Shown here piece by piece: positions 12,401 through 24,600 of a stretch of 64,000 bases of DNA. The notes under the pieces are model-generated. The model worked only from the letters and a program-made list of their open reading frames with translations, ran no database searches and was not told the origin of the DNA. A program made the position numbers and the translations under genes. Source of the stretch: Zootoca vivipara (lineage: Eukaryota); NCBI RefSeq assembly GCF_963506605.1, contig NC_083285.1, positions 48,422,001 through 48,486,000 on the forward strand, given 5' to 3'. Positions within the stretch are counted from its first letter, which is position 1. Each line of letters begins with the position of its first letter.

Positions 12401-14926
12401 CATCTTATTCTGCTCGTAAAATGATGGGGCGAAGGAGAAGCACAGAGAGAGAGAGAGAGAATCCTGAAGTTCCCTTTATCTTATTTAGCAGTTCTTGTTA
12501 AATTTATGCAAAGTGTTGTGGCACCCTAAAGATGGACCCACTTACTCTGGCTAGAGTCATTGTTATTGGCTGCATCTTTCTGCCTTTTGGCCCACCCTTT
12601 GCAACTTTTTCTCTCTTACACACCAGGGGTGGGGAGCAGGAGATGCCCTCCAGTTAGAGGTGGAGTCTTCACAGAGCCCAGTATTCATGGCTAGCAATCA
12701 GGAATGATGGGAATTGTATTTCCAGCAACATTTGTTGGGCCACAGGCTTCCCACCTCTGGTCTACGCACCTGTGTGTGTGTGTGTGAATCTATATGTGCT
12801 AGCCAGCTGATTGTTGCCATAATAAATTCAACTTCTCTTCTGTGTGTTTGCTGCAGCAGACTTAACATGCCAACCCATGTTAGCTTGCTGAAGTTCTGCT
12901 ATTTCTAGGCAGACTTAAAATAACAGCTCCCGAGTGCACAACAAACGTCGTTCAACGTTTCCAGTATTTAGAATTGGCTTTAAGGGGGAGGGGAGTTCTT
13001 TTTCTTTTTGGCTCAAATGCACTTTGTACTTCAAAATGACATTTTGGTCTGTGCACAAATGCAGTAAAAAGATAGTTCAAAATTCTTGGCCTACATTTGC
13101 CTTCAGGAGGCTTTTCTGGCGCCTCTCTTAAATTTATAACGCAATATTTCCAGCTCTGCAGAGACAGTCAGGGGGTGTCTTCCCTTTCCCTTTCTCCACC
13201 CATTGTCTAGAGACACAGAACATCTCTTCTGTTGGCTTGAACCCTGGGAATTCTAGTCCTCATTGGGCCAGGGTACAGTGTCTTCTTTCTTCCTAGGCTT
13301 CCACACCCTTTTCCAGCTGGTTTCCATTTCTTAACCACACACAGCCAAGATGCACAATTCAAGGGATGTTGGAGCATATCTACACTAGAAGTAAATATTG
13401 TTGCTTATACCAGTGCTAACTGTCCTGGCTTCGCCCAAAGGATCCTTGAATTTGATTTGTAGTTTGGTGAGAGTGCTGAGATAGCCGTACCCCCACAGCC
13501 TCTCACAGAAATTGAAGTTTCTGAGGAGAGGGAGTGGCCATTAAATTAGTTTACGTCTGTGACATGGACTTATAGTTCATTTGGTTAGAGCATGGTGCTG
13601 ATGCCACGCCAAGGTTGCAGGTTTGATCCCCATAGGGGACAGCTGCCTAGTCCTGTATTGCAGGGGTTGGACTAGATGATCCTCAGGGTCCCTTCCAGCT
13701 CTACCATTCTATGATTTCAAGCATACAATCCCATGGAAGTACTTATTTAGTCTTAGCTTTTTATATATAAAATAGCACCATCCTGTAGTGTTGAAACAAG
13801 ACCAATTAATTCACAACCCTGTTATTTCTCCAGTTTTTTTTCCAAATGTGCCTCTATTACCTGCATATTTTCTAACGGATCTACAATTGTTAGCAAGTTG
13901 TCATCTGCAAATAAGCTTATTTTCTCTTTTTGATCATTGATCATTCCTTTTATATTTCCATCTTCTCTGATTACATTGGCCAGAGTTTCAATAACCCTTG
14001 GGGCCCTTCCCAGGTGACACCCTTCCCTGGCCCTGGCCCACACCTTCCTTGAGGGCTTTGCCTGGCTGGAATGTGCCCTTGTACAATAATGATTAGAATG
14101 CCTTTTGCTTTCCTGGAAGGAGAGAGGTGTGGTGGGGAGACGGTGCGGAAACCTCTGGCTCCTATGTGTCTATATTGTGGCTGACTGCCCAAAGGTAAGA
14201 GTCACCTCAGTGGCTCTGCCCACTTTGGCCTTTGGCCTCGCCCACCGAGAGGGACTGTGGCCCTTAGGCTGAAGAAGGTTCTTCATGCCTGGTATTTGCT
14301 AACATGCCTCAGGTCTTCTGATCAAGTCCCCTTCTTAGAATCATAGAATCATAGAGTTGGAAGAAACCACAAGGGCCATCCAGTCCAACCCCCTGCCAAG
14401 CAGGAAACACCATCAAAGCATTCTTGACATATGGCTGTCAAGCCTCTGCTTAAAGACCTCCAAAGAAGGAGACTCCACCACACTCCTTGGTAGCAAATTC
14501 CACTGTCGAACAGCTCTTACTGTCAGGAAGTTCTTCCTAATGTTTAGGTGGAATCTTCTTTCTTGAAGTTTGAATCCATTGCTCCGTGTCCGCTTCTCTG
14601 GAGTAGCAGAAAACAATCTTTCTCCCTCCTCCATATGACATCCTTTCATATATTTGAACATGGCTATCATATCACCCCTTAACCTTCTCTTCTCCAGGCT
14701 AAACATACCCAGCTCCCTAAGCCTCCCTCATAAGGCATCGTTTCCAGGCCTTTGACCATTTTGGTTGCCCTCTTCTGGACACGTTCCAGTTCGTCAGTAT
14801 CCTTTTTGAACTTCTTCCTGTTTGGAGATCCGTCTTCATAAGCAACTACTTTCTAGGAATCTTGCCTTTTGATCTCCTTGTTTGTCTACAGGTCCAGCCA
14901 CACAGTTAAGAAAGCCAATACCAATA

Positions 14927-14973
<47 letters not shown>

Positions 14974-17900
14974 ATTGATACCCTCCACTGTGAAAATTGA
15001 AAATTGTGACGACAGCTGTTTTGTTTGAGTCATGTCTTTTGCCAGGGCATAAGCGAAGCAGTCCAGCCTGCAGGAAAAGGCTGCAGAGTAAATATAAAGT
15101 CTTGTTTCAAAGCCTCTCCTTAAGTAAACTCTTTAATCTTGAGAAATGGAGACATTTCTTCTCACCTGAAGCCGCGTGTATTTGGCAGCCCACAACTAAT
15201 TTCAGCAAGACTCACCCCGTGATCAAAGCTCACTGATGCATGGACAGATACTAATATTATTACTAATATCTATGTAAACAGACTTGTTTTCACCTATGGA
15301 CTGTTCTGAATTTTTAACATGTAATCTGGTAAAGCCAGATGGTGGATATTACAGTTCCCCGTAAGAATGTTTCATGGAAATCAATGTTTTTGATACCTTC
15401 TTATTGGAGTTGGTTTTTTGAGAGCGACATGGGATTATTTATTATGGAAAACCCTACTGAAGAATCAACATATTCCCCCCAAAAAAGGTTGGCTTTGAAA
15501 GCAAATGGCTTCAAACAATTTAAGAAAACACTCTTTAAATATATACGAATGTGTGTGGATTTAAAGAAAAACAAATAAATATATTGGCTCCTGCTTAATA
15601 AGCAGATGGTATTGATTTGGTCCACTGTTCTAATAGAGTACTGTACTGCTCCTCACTTCAGAGAAAGCTATTTGGGCAACTCACTTTGCTATAATGATTA
15701 CTAACTACACAGAGATAATAATAATAATATAATAATAATTTATTATTTTTACCCTGCCCATCTGGCTGAGTCTCCCCAGCCACTCTGGGTGGCTCCCAAT
15801 CGAATATTAAAACAATACAGCATTAAATATTAAAAAACTTCCCTAAACAGGGCTGCCTTCAGATGTCTTTTAAAATTAGGATAGCTGCTTATTTCCTTGA
15901 CATCTACTGGGAGGGCGTTCCGCAGGGCGGGTGCCACTACCGAGAAGGCCCTCTGTCTGGTTCCCTTTAACCTCACTTTTTGCAATGAGGGAACTGTACT
16001 TCAGAGTAGGGGTGAGTAACCTATGGGACCCTAACTCCCATCAGCCCTTATCCACCGTGGATGGTGGTCAGGCACAATGGGAATTGGAGTCCAGCAACAT
16101 TTGGAAGGCAACAATGTCCCCATTCTGGCTTTAAAGTTCCCACAGTCAAGCACAAATTTGAACTTTCCTGTCAGCCCTACTGAGCCACATTTGGTTTTCC
16201 ATGCAAGCACTTGACGGTGAATATAGGGTACCGGGGATGTTATTGCTGCCTTCTAAACGAAGGGGCTGCCCTCCTGTCTTTCAGCTTAACATTCTGCACA
16301 CCGAACTGGCCAAGCAGCTCGCAGACACCATGGTTCTCCCCATCATCCAGTTCCGTGAAAAAGACCTTACAGGTAAATCTTCTAGGTGGGACTAGGAGTG
16401 CTTAGTAAGAATCAAAGGAAGAGAGGGACACTTTTTCTTCTTGCACTCCAGACAACTTTCGTACCTTAAAGAAAATTAGTTAAGGTTACGCCCCTTTGTG
16501 GACTTCCGTGGGAGTTTAAAAACAGCCACCCCACACGCTGAACACAATGGGGCTTGCAAGTGCTAGCACATGCATGTTTATTTGGAAATAGGTTGGGTAA
16601 GCTTGGCAGACATGGCAAATTGAAAAGGACCGCTGTGCTCAGGTCCTGCTACTGGGCTTCCTGTGGGCATCTGAATGTCCACCTTGAGAACAGGATGCTG
16701 CCCTAGATGGGACAGTGTGCCCTGTATTTAGGGCTTAAGACCTGAGCGACGGCGACAGCTTCTAGACCCAGGAGTGGGAAACCGGTGGTCTTCCTGCTAG
16801 TGTTGTTGGGCTCCAGCCCCCAGTAGCCCCAGTCAGCATGGCTGGTGGTCAGAGATGATAGGAGTTGTAGTCCAGCAACAGCTGGAGGACCATTCTCCAT
16901 CCCTATTCATTGTGGTGTTTCTACTGTTCAGGGAGGATTGCTAGTCCAGTTAAATGTCTACAAAAGAAACAACCCCATTTCTGCCACTGTTCTGCTGCAT
17001 AATGTCAACATAGGACAATTGACTGAAGCAGTTCTGGGCCAATTAAGGAAATAAATACATTGCACGTTTCTTTGCATGAAGTCAAGTAGTTGCAGTGGAA
17101 TTTGTGAAGAAGGTCACTGTGAATGTTCAAAGTTTTAATTGGTCATTTCACTGAATCTTTGCACTAATGCGCAAGCCCTTTGTTTTTGCCTTCTGCTTTT
17201 TCCTAGAAGTAAGCACTTTGAAGGATCTCTTCAGCCTTGCCAGCAATGGTATGTTTTCACATTGGTCTTTCATTTGACTGCACTTTTGCTGACGGTGTGC
17301 ATGAGTGGTGATGCTAAACTGTGCCTTCGATGCTTGCAGAACATGACGTCTCCATGGCAAAGTACAGCAGGCTACCCAAAAAGAGAGAGAATGAAAAGGT
17401 AAGATACTCCAACATCTTGGCACATTTGATAAGATGAATTTTATGTAATGAAAAGTCCTCAACAAGGTACAGTTCTGTGAACATAAGAAGCTGCCTTATC
17501 TAGCTCCGTATTATTTACTCGGACTGGCAGCAGCTCTCCAAGATTTCAGACAAACCCTTAGCCTTCCCTGGAGATCACAAGGGCTCAGCCTGGAGTATTT
17601 TGTGTGTAGATACTTCACCATTGCCCTTTCCTAAATGCTTATATAGGATGTTTGAGATGGTTTTTGGAGTGGGGTGGGGGAAAAGAATGCTAAAGGGTTT
17701 TTTATGCATATGCAAATAACTCCAATGTGGTGAATGGTGTATATACGTCTTCCACATGATAAGTACAATTCTGAGAAGGGTGTGATGCACAGACTGTTAT
17801 TGACACCCAACCTTCATAATGAATCACTATAACACCAGTCCTGAAAGATCTACACTGGCTCCCAGTACGTTTCCGAGCACAATTCAGAGTGTTGTTGCTG

Positions 17901-18575
17901 ACCTTTAAAGCCTTAAATGGCCTCAGCCCAATATACCCCCATCGTTCAGCCTGGACACTGAGGTCCAGCACCGAGGGCCTTCTGGCATAGCTGCCAAGTA
18001 CCCCGTTTTCCCCGGGAAACCCCCATATTTTCTTACCGTTTCCCACAGGTGTCCCGAATAGCAAAATACCTCGTATTCCCCTGGATTACGGCGCTCCTGC
18101 CGGTGGCCATGTTATTCTGGTGCCGCGCCAGCACTGGAAGTCGCTTCTACACACTTCTGGACATGCGTAGAAGCGACTTCCGATGCCGCTGTGCCCATTT
18201 CCAAAATGTCTGCAGCGCCAGAAGTCGCTTCTACGCATGTCCAGAAGTGTGTAGAAGCGACTTCCGGTGCTGCGGCGCTGCTGATCCTGGATTTTTCAAT
18301 CCGGAACTTGGCACCTATGCCTTCTCATTTTGAGAAGTGAAGTGACAGGGGACCAGGCAGAGGGCCTTCTCGGTGGTGGCACCCGCCCTGTGGAATGCCC
18401 TCCCATCAGATGTAAAGGAAATAAACAACTATCTGACTTGTAGAAAACATCTGAAGGCAGCCCTGTTTAGGGAAGTTTTAAATGTTTGATGTTTAATCTT
18501 GTTTTTAATATTCTGTTGGGAGCCGCCCAGAGTGGCTGGGGAAACCGGGCCAGATGGGGAGGGTATAAGTAAGAA

Positions 18576-18620
<45 letters not shown>

Positions 18621-21600
18621 TACCTGCTTATTATTGGGCAGGATATAAATAATAAATTAGTAGTAGTAGTATAGTCACAGTGATTTCAGTGGCACTTGGG
18701 TGTCATTTAACTGGCTGCTCAATGCACTGCTGACCCCGTCCTGCAATGGCTCATCTGCTGTTCCTTTGCTAACCTTTTTTCGTTCAGCTGAAGGCGGAAG
18801 TTGCCAAAGAGGTAGCCAGCGCCCGGAGGAAGCAGCATCTCTCGTCGCTACAGTATTACTGTGCCCTTAATGCTTTGCAGTACCGCAAGAGAATCGCCAT
18901 GCTGGAGCCCATGCTGGGATACACGCGCTCCCAGGTACGTGTCCCTAGCTGCAGCATCTTGGGCCGCAAACCCTTCTTCGCTGCAGCTGAGCTTGTTTGG
19001 AAACCACTGAGCATTGTCTGGTTCAGTTAAAAACTGCTGGCAGGACAAACCCAGTGCTCCCTGACACATCGGACCAAGGCTGCATCCACATCATACATTT
19101 AAAGCACTCTCGTTCCATGTTCACAGAATGGACGATGGCAGGATCCCCAAGGATGTGCTGTTATGGGGAGCTGGCTTCAAGCACCAGGTCCGTTTCACAA
19201 AGTGTCAGGCTTTGGGGGAAATCAGTTCCCTCCCTTGGGGCAGCCCAAAACAAGAGCCATTTATTCAATAATTCACAGAGAACGACGAGGAAATGCAGCT
19301 TTCCTAAAAATGGTGTTGCTCCAACTGAGCTCCACGCTCCCTTCCTAGCAACAGCACTTTCCCTTACGGTGGCCGCCAGCGGCTAATTGTCTCTGAGTCC
19401 TTCGCTCTTCAACTTTCAATGCACGCCGAGTTCTGGGAGGAGGAGGGGTCAGATATGCTCTCCAGTGGTAACGTGTCAGCTGGCTGCTCTGTCTCTGCCT
19501 CCCCTTCTCTTCTCCCAACACCTCCCAACTCTTCTGTTCAGCAGTCTCTGAGCTGTGACCTTCCTCAAACCACTGCTGTAATTCATTACTGCCTTCCTCT
19601 TCTCTGGGAAGTTCAGGTGGAGCAGGGGGGACGGGGACGGACGGACGGTCTCCACCATTCCTCCTCAGTCTCGCCCCCCTCAGTCCAGTCCCTGACACTA
19701 AAGCTGTCTGCAAACATGACATGAAGGCTGACCACATCAACCGTGCCGTGTGGGAATCCCTTGCAGACGACTGCAGTGCCTGGAGACAGACAGTCAGGTT
19801 GTGTGTCCACAGCAGTGACCAGAGGAGAAATAAACACTGAGGGGGGCTCTGGCGCACCTCTAGCAGCAAAACCAGGCGCCTTCATCTGCCCCAGCTGCAA
19901 CAAAACATGTCTCTCACATCAGTCTCTACAGCCACAGCAGGCTCTGTGACTCTCCAACGGTTTGACTTTACCCCTGAAGGCGAACTCCTCCATTGTCTCC
20001 CGAGACAGACAGGTGCCAATAATAACTATAATCCTAGAATTATAATCCTGAATTCCAGTTCAGTTGACTGGAAATGACCCTAAGCAGAGTGTCCTATACC
20101 TAGCAACATTTTGTTGTGGGTTCACGTCTTGTTCTCTTTCTAAGACGTAGACCAGCGATGGGGAATCTTTGCTCTTCCAAATGCTGTTGAACTCCCACCA
20201 GTCCCAGAAAATACGGCCTGTGATTATGGGAGTTGGGAGTTCAGCAACATCTGGAGGGCCAAAGTTCTCCTTGCCCCTGATATACCCTGCTCCCTAGCCA
20301 GCAACTCCTTGACTCCCAGTATGAAAGACCAGTTTGTTGGATCATATAAACCCCAGTGTCCCATGTTACTGCAAGGAGTTTGCCAACAAAAAAATATTCA
20401 GGAGTAGTGTGTGCTCTCCCTCTTTTTATATTTTTCAGATTAAATTTTTTAAGAAGGGAGCCGAGATGTTCACCAAAAAGATGGACAGCTTTCTATCTTC
20501 AGTCTCAAGCATGGTTGAAAGGTAACGGATCGTTCCAGCTTGCTTTTGCCTGTTTGCTCTTTTTTGCCGTTTCTGAGAATGAGTTTGCTGTGACTGGCAG
20601 CTACCATGAGGTCTGACACCAGCAGTCATAACCGGGTGGGGCACTGGCAAGGGGCCCCCATGGCTTGGAAGGACCCCTCACCTGCCTGACCCAGATGTGA
20701 CGCCTTCCACAGCCTTCAGTGAATTTTGCAGCAGGGCTGCTTTTGAATGGGAGTCCAGCTTCGCTCCAGTTCAAAAGTACTGCTAACCGTACATGACTGA
20801 AGTGTTGCCTGGCGCCCAGTGGGGGACAGTGAGTGGTGCTGTGACTGTCAGAGCAATGGCAGAGAGAGCCTGTGGTGCCCAGGGCTGATCGCAGTCCTGG
20901 TTAGGGAGTAGGGGCCTTATCGTTGTCACCATGCCAAAGAGCCCCTATTCCGAGTCTCATAGAATCATAGAGTTGGAAGAGACCACAAGGGCCATCCAGT
21001 CCAACCCCCTGCCAAGCAGGAAACACCATCAAAGCACTCTTGACATATGTCTGTCAAGCCTCTGCTTAAAGACCTCCAAAGAAGGAGACTCCACCACACT
21101 TCTTGGCAGCAAATTCCACTGTCGAACAGCTCTTACTGTCAGGAAGTTCTTCCTAATGTCTCGCACCAGCCTGGCAGCCAGAGGATGCAAGTGTATCTAG
21201 AAAACCATGTTGCTGCTTCTAGGATTAAAAAACACACATGAAAGTGCCCTCTTACATTTCCGCTTGTCTCATTTTAAGTGCCTGGAGAAACATGTAAATT
21301 TTAGTTAATTGTTAATAAATTGTTTGTTTACATCATTTAATAAATATGAAAATTTTAATAAATTGTTACTACTTTTAAACAAAGTATTACTAATATATCT
21401 CCTCCTTTGGAGGTCTTTAAGCAGAGGCTTGGCAGGCATATGTCAAGAATGCTTTGATGGTGTTTCCTGCTTGGCAGGGGGTTGGACCAGATGGCCCTTG
21501 CGGTCTCTTCCAACTCTATGATTCTATTCTATGATATTGTGTATCTCTGATGAGATGGTGAGGGAAAGCTTGGGATCTGACTCTTTCTGAACTATTGAAA

Positions 21601-24600
21601 CGCAGAAGCGGTGTTGAGAAACCAAACACATTTTTGACAAGGTATGGTTCTCATATACAGTGGTACCTCGGTTTATGAACACAATTGGTTCTGGAAGTCT
21701 GTTCATAAACTGAAGCGTTCATAAACTGAAGCGAACTTTCCCATTGAAAGTAATGGAAAGTGGATTAATCCGTTCCAGACGGTCTGCGGAGTAACCGTTC
21801 ATAAACTGAAGCGAACTTTCCCATTGAAAGTAATGGAAAGTGGATTAATCCGTTCCAGACGGGTCCGCGGAGTACTTAAACTGAAGCGTTCATAAACTGA
21901 AACATGGGTGTAATTGGTTCCGGAAGTCTGTTCATAAACTGAAGCGTTCATAAACTGAAGCGAACTTTCCCATTAAAAGTAATGGAAAGTGAATTAATCC
22001 GTTCCAGATGGGTCCGCGGCGTTCATAAACTGAAAATTCATAAACCGAGGTGTTCATAAACCGAGGTTCCACTGTATCAGCTAGGTAAATAGAAGGGTCG
22101 TTCATGTCGGGCCTCCCGCCACTCATGCTTACGTATGGAGAAGATGTGTCACAGATAGTTGAAGCCTTTGTGGTGGTTCATTCAATGAGCCCATTATTTG
22201 ACCATGTTCCTGCTCAGTTCCTGGTGTGTGCGTGTAACGCTCTGCAGGTTTTGTGCAGTTCGTCTATGCCATTTTATTATAAAACCAATCAAATATTCTA
22301 AAGAAGAGAAAGGAAATGTATGCTCTGCATTTGTCGGGGACAGCCTAAGCAAGCAAGCTATGGCCATGAAGTGTTTTGATGTTTATTCTCTCCTGTAGTG
22401 TACAGGGAGAACTGGACACTGAGGCAGAAGCTATGCGGGTATCTCAGCAAGATCTGCTTTCGGTTGGCGAATCAGTGTACACGCCTGACTTCGACGCAGC
22501 GTCGCCTCTCATCAACAGAAACCTGATTCAGAAGGCTGGCTACCTTAACCTTAGAAAGTAAGGAAGATTCCTGGGAGGGAGTCATGTCCTAGCATGGTAG
22601 ACGGGCTAGTACTCTAGCTAGTTCGGTGGGTTTCCAAAATTGGGACCTAAGGTTCCTAAAAGTAGAATGCTACATCAAGGACCTCAGCTCTGAGGGGGGG
22701 GGGGTTATGTGGCCCTCCACGCCTCCCTTTCTGGACCTCGGAACTCTCGCCTGCCCTCTCCATGTCTTTCTCAAGTGCTGATGCTGAGAAATTTCCTGTT
22801 ACCCTGGAGATGTTGTCAAGGATTGAACCTGACTTCTGCATATGCAAATCACATGCCCCCTCCTCCCAAAATGTACGATGCAGCAGTGCCAGAAAACCAA
22901 GGAGCTAAAAGAGAGTCAAAGCAGCGACTAGTAGCCGTCATGATGTCCCTTGTACTGTGGGATAATGAAAAGTGCCTGCACATGCTTCTGCCACAATACA
23001 AAATTCAAGTCCCACAAGATGCCTTGTTGACATTACAAAAAGATAGCGGGAGTCTTAAAATGTGTGCGGTGAAGGTGGTGGGTGGGATTTGACCTTAGAA
23101 AACACACACTGCTCAGTTCCCTTTCCCAAAAGGATTGTTTTTTGGCCGTGAGGAGGGAGTGAATGCTGCTGCTTTGCTGCTGGTGTGATGGTGACATCGA
23201 AGCTCTGGTCTTTTCCTACAGCAAAACAGGCCTGGTGACTACAACTTGGGACAGGCTGTACTTCTTCACTCAAGGTGGGAACCTGATGTGCCAGCCCAGG
23301 GGAGCCGTCGCCGGGGGACTGATCCAGGATCTGGACAACTGCTCTGTGATGGCAGTCGACTGCGAAGACCGACGTTACTGCTTTCAGATCACCACTCCTA
23401 CAGGGAAAGCGTATGTGTCTTGGGGCTTCTGCTAGGGAACAACTACCCTACCCAAAAGGAAGGCTTGCATCCTTCAGTCTGGCTGCATTAACTGAGTTGC
23501 CTTGAGCATAAGCCTCACCTTTAGGGAGGTCTCCAGTTACCTAAGAAAATTTTGGGGGGGAAGCTCCGCTGAGCTTCTGGGAGTCCTTGCACTGCCTTCT
23601 GCTAGCTCCACCAAGGTAGCTGAATAGAAATGTAGGTGGCCTGTTAGTTGGCTATGTAGTTTCTGCTTAAAATCCTCTAATGGGGCAAAGAAAGAAAATG
23701 ATGGGGTGGTTTTTGTTTTCTTTTACAGAGGGATAACCCTTCAGGCAGAAAGCAAGAAAGAATATGAGGAGGTAAACACTTTGTTTCGCTTTGTTTCTAC
23801 TAAAGAAATTAAAATTCCAGAACTAAATTGAAATCTCTGGCGTTTCTCTTTCTCGTTTTCCTCTTCTAGTGGATATGTGCAATCAACAACATCTCTCGGC
23901 AGATCTATCTTACTGACAATCCTGAAGTGAGTAGGCTTTGAAATGAAATGCTTTGATAACTCAAACAAGCCCCCCACCCCAAATACAATAGGATCTCCCA
24001 TTCAATGTTTGCTTGGGCAATATCGCAGAACTTTCTTTAAGGCTGTGCCTCTGCTTTGCTTCAGGCCGTTGCCATCAGGCTGAATCAGACAGCGCAGCAA
24101 GCCGTGACGCCAATCACAAGCTTTGGGAAGAAGCAGGAAAATCAACCCCCCAGGTAACATTTTTGCCATCTTAGTCTGGAAATGTTTGGATGCTCCTTGC
24201 GCAAAGAAAATTAGCATGTCAGGAAGAAGCCCAGTCTTTTGACCTAATAGCATTCTGCAAGCATCGCGGTTTTGACAGAGGGAGCAAGTGTTCCCCCACT
24301 GTGTTCTGAAGTGGTCCATTACATGAAAGGCTGTACCATAAGTTTCCTGAATGGATAGCTCAGCTGTTGCATTCTAATCTACACATGGTAGCTAACTGCT
24401 ACCTGCACCATGCAGTTTCATGTGCAAACTGGATCTTAAGCAGTCCCAAGTTTGGGTAAACACCCTTATTACAGGTCTTAGATGAGTGCAGACAGTAACA
24501 ACATCCAGCACCTATTAAAGATGCATTGCCGGTGCCTTATTTCAGTGGGTTGTGTTCTTTCAATTCATCTTAGCCCAGGCAGAAGTATCGTTCGGATTCT

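Noticed and set aside
13566-13640. tRNA-like sequence
   Set aside because: Degenerate A/B boxes followed by a CR1-like tail indicate a SINE head, not a tRNA gene.
19345-19869. 174-aa minus-strand ORF
   Set aside because: Crosses an RTE/LTR junction and has no supporting splice structure or recognisable domain.
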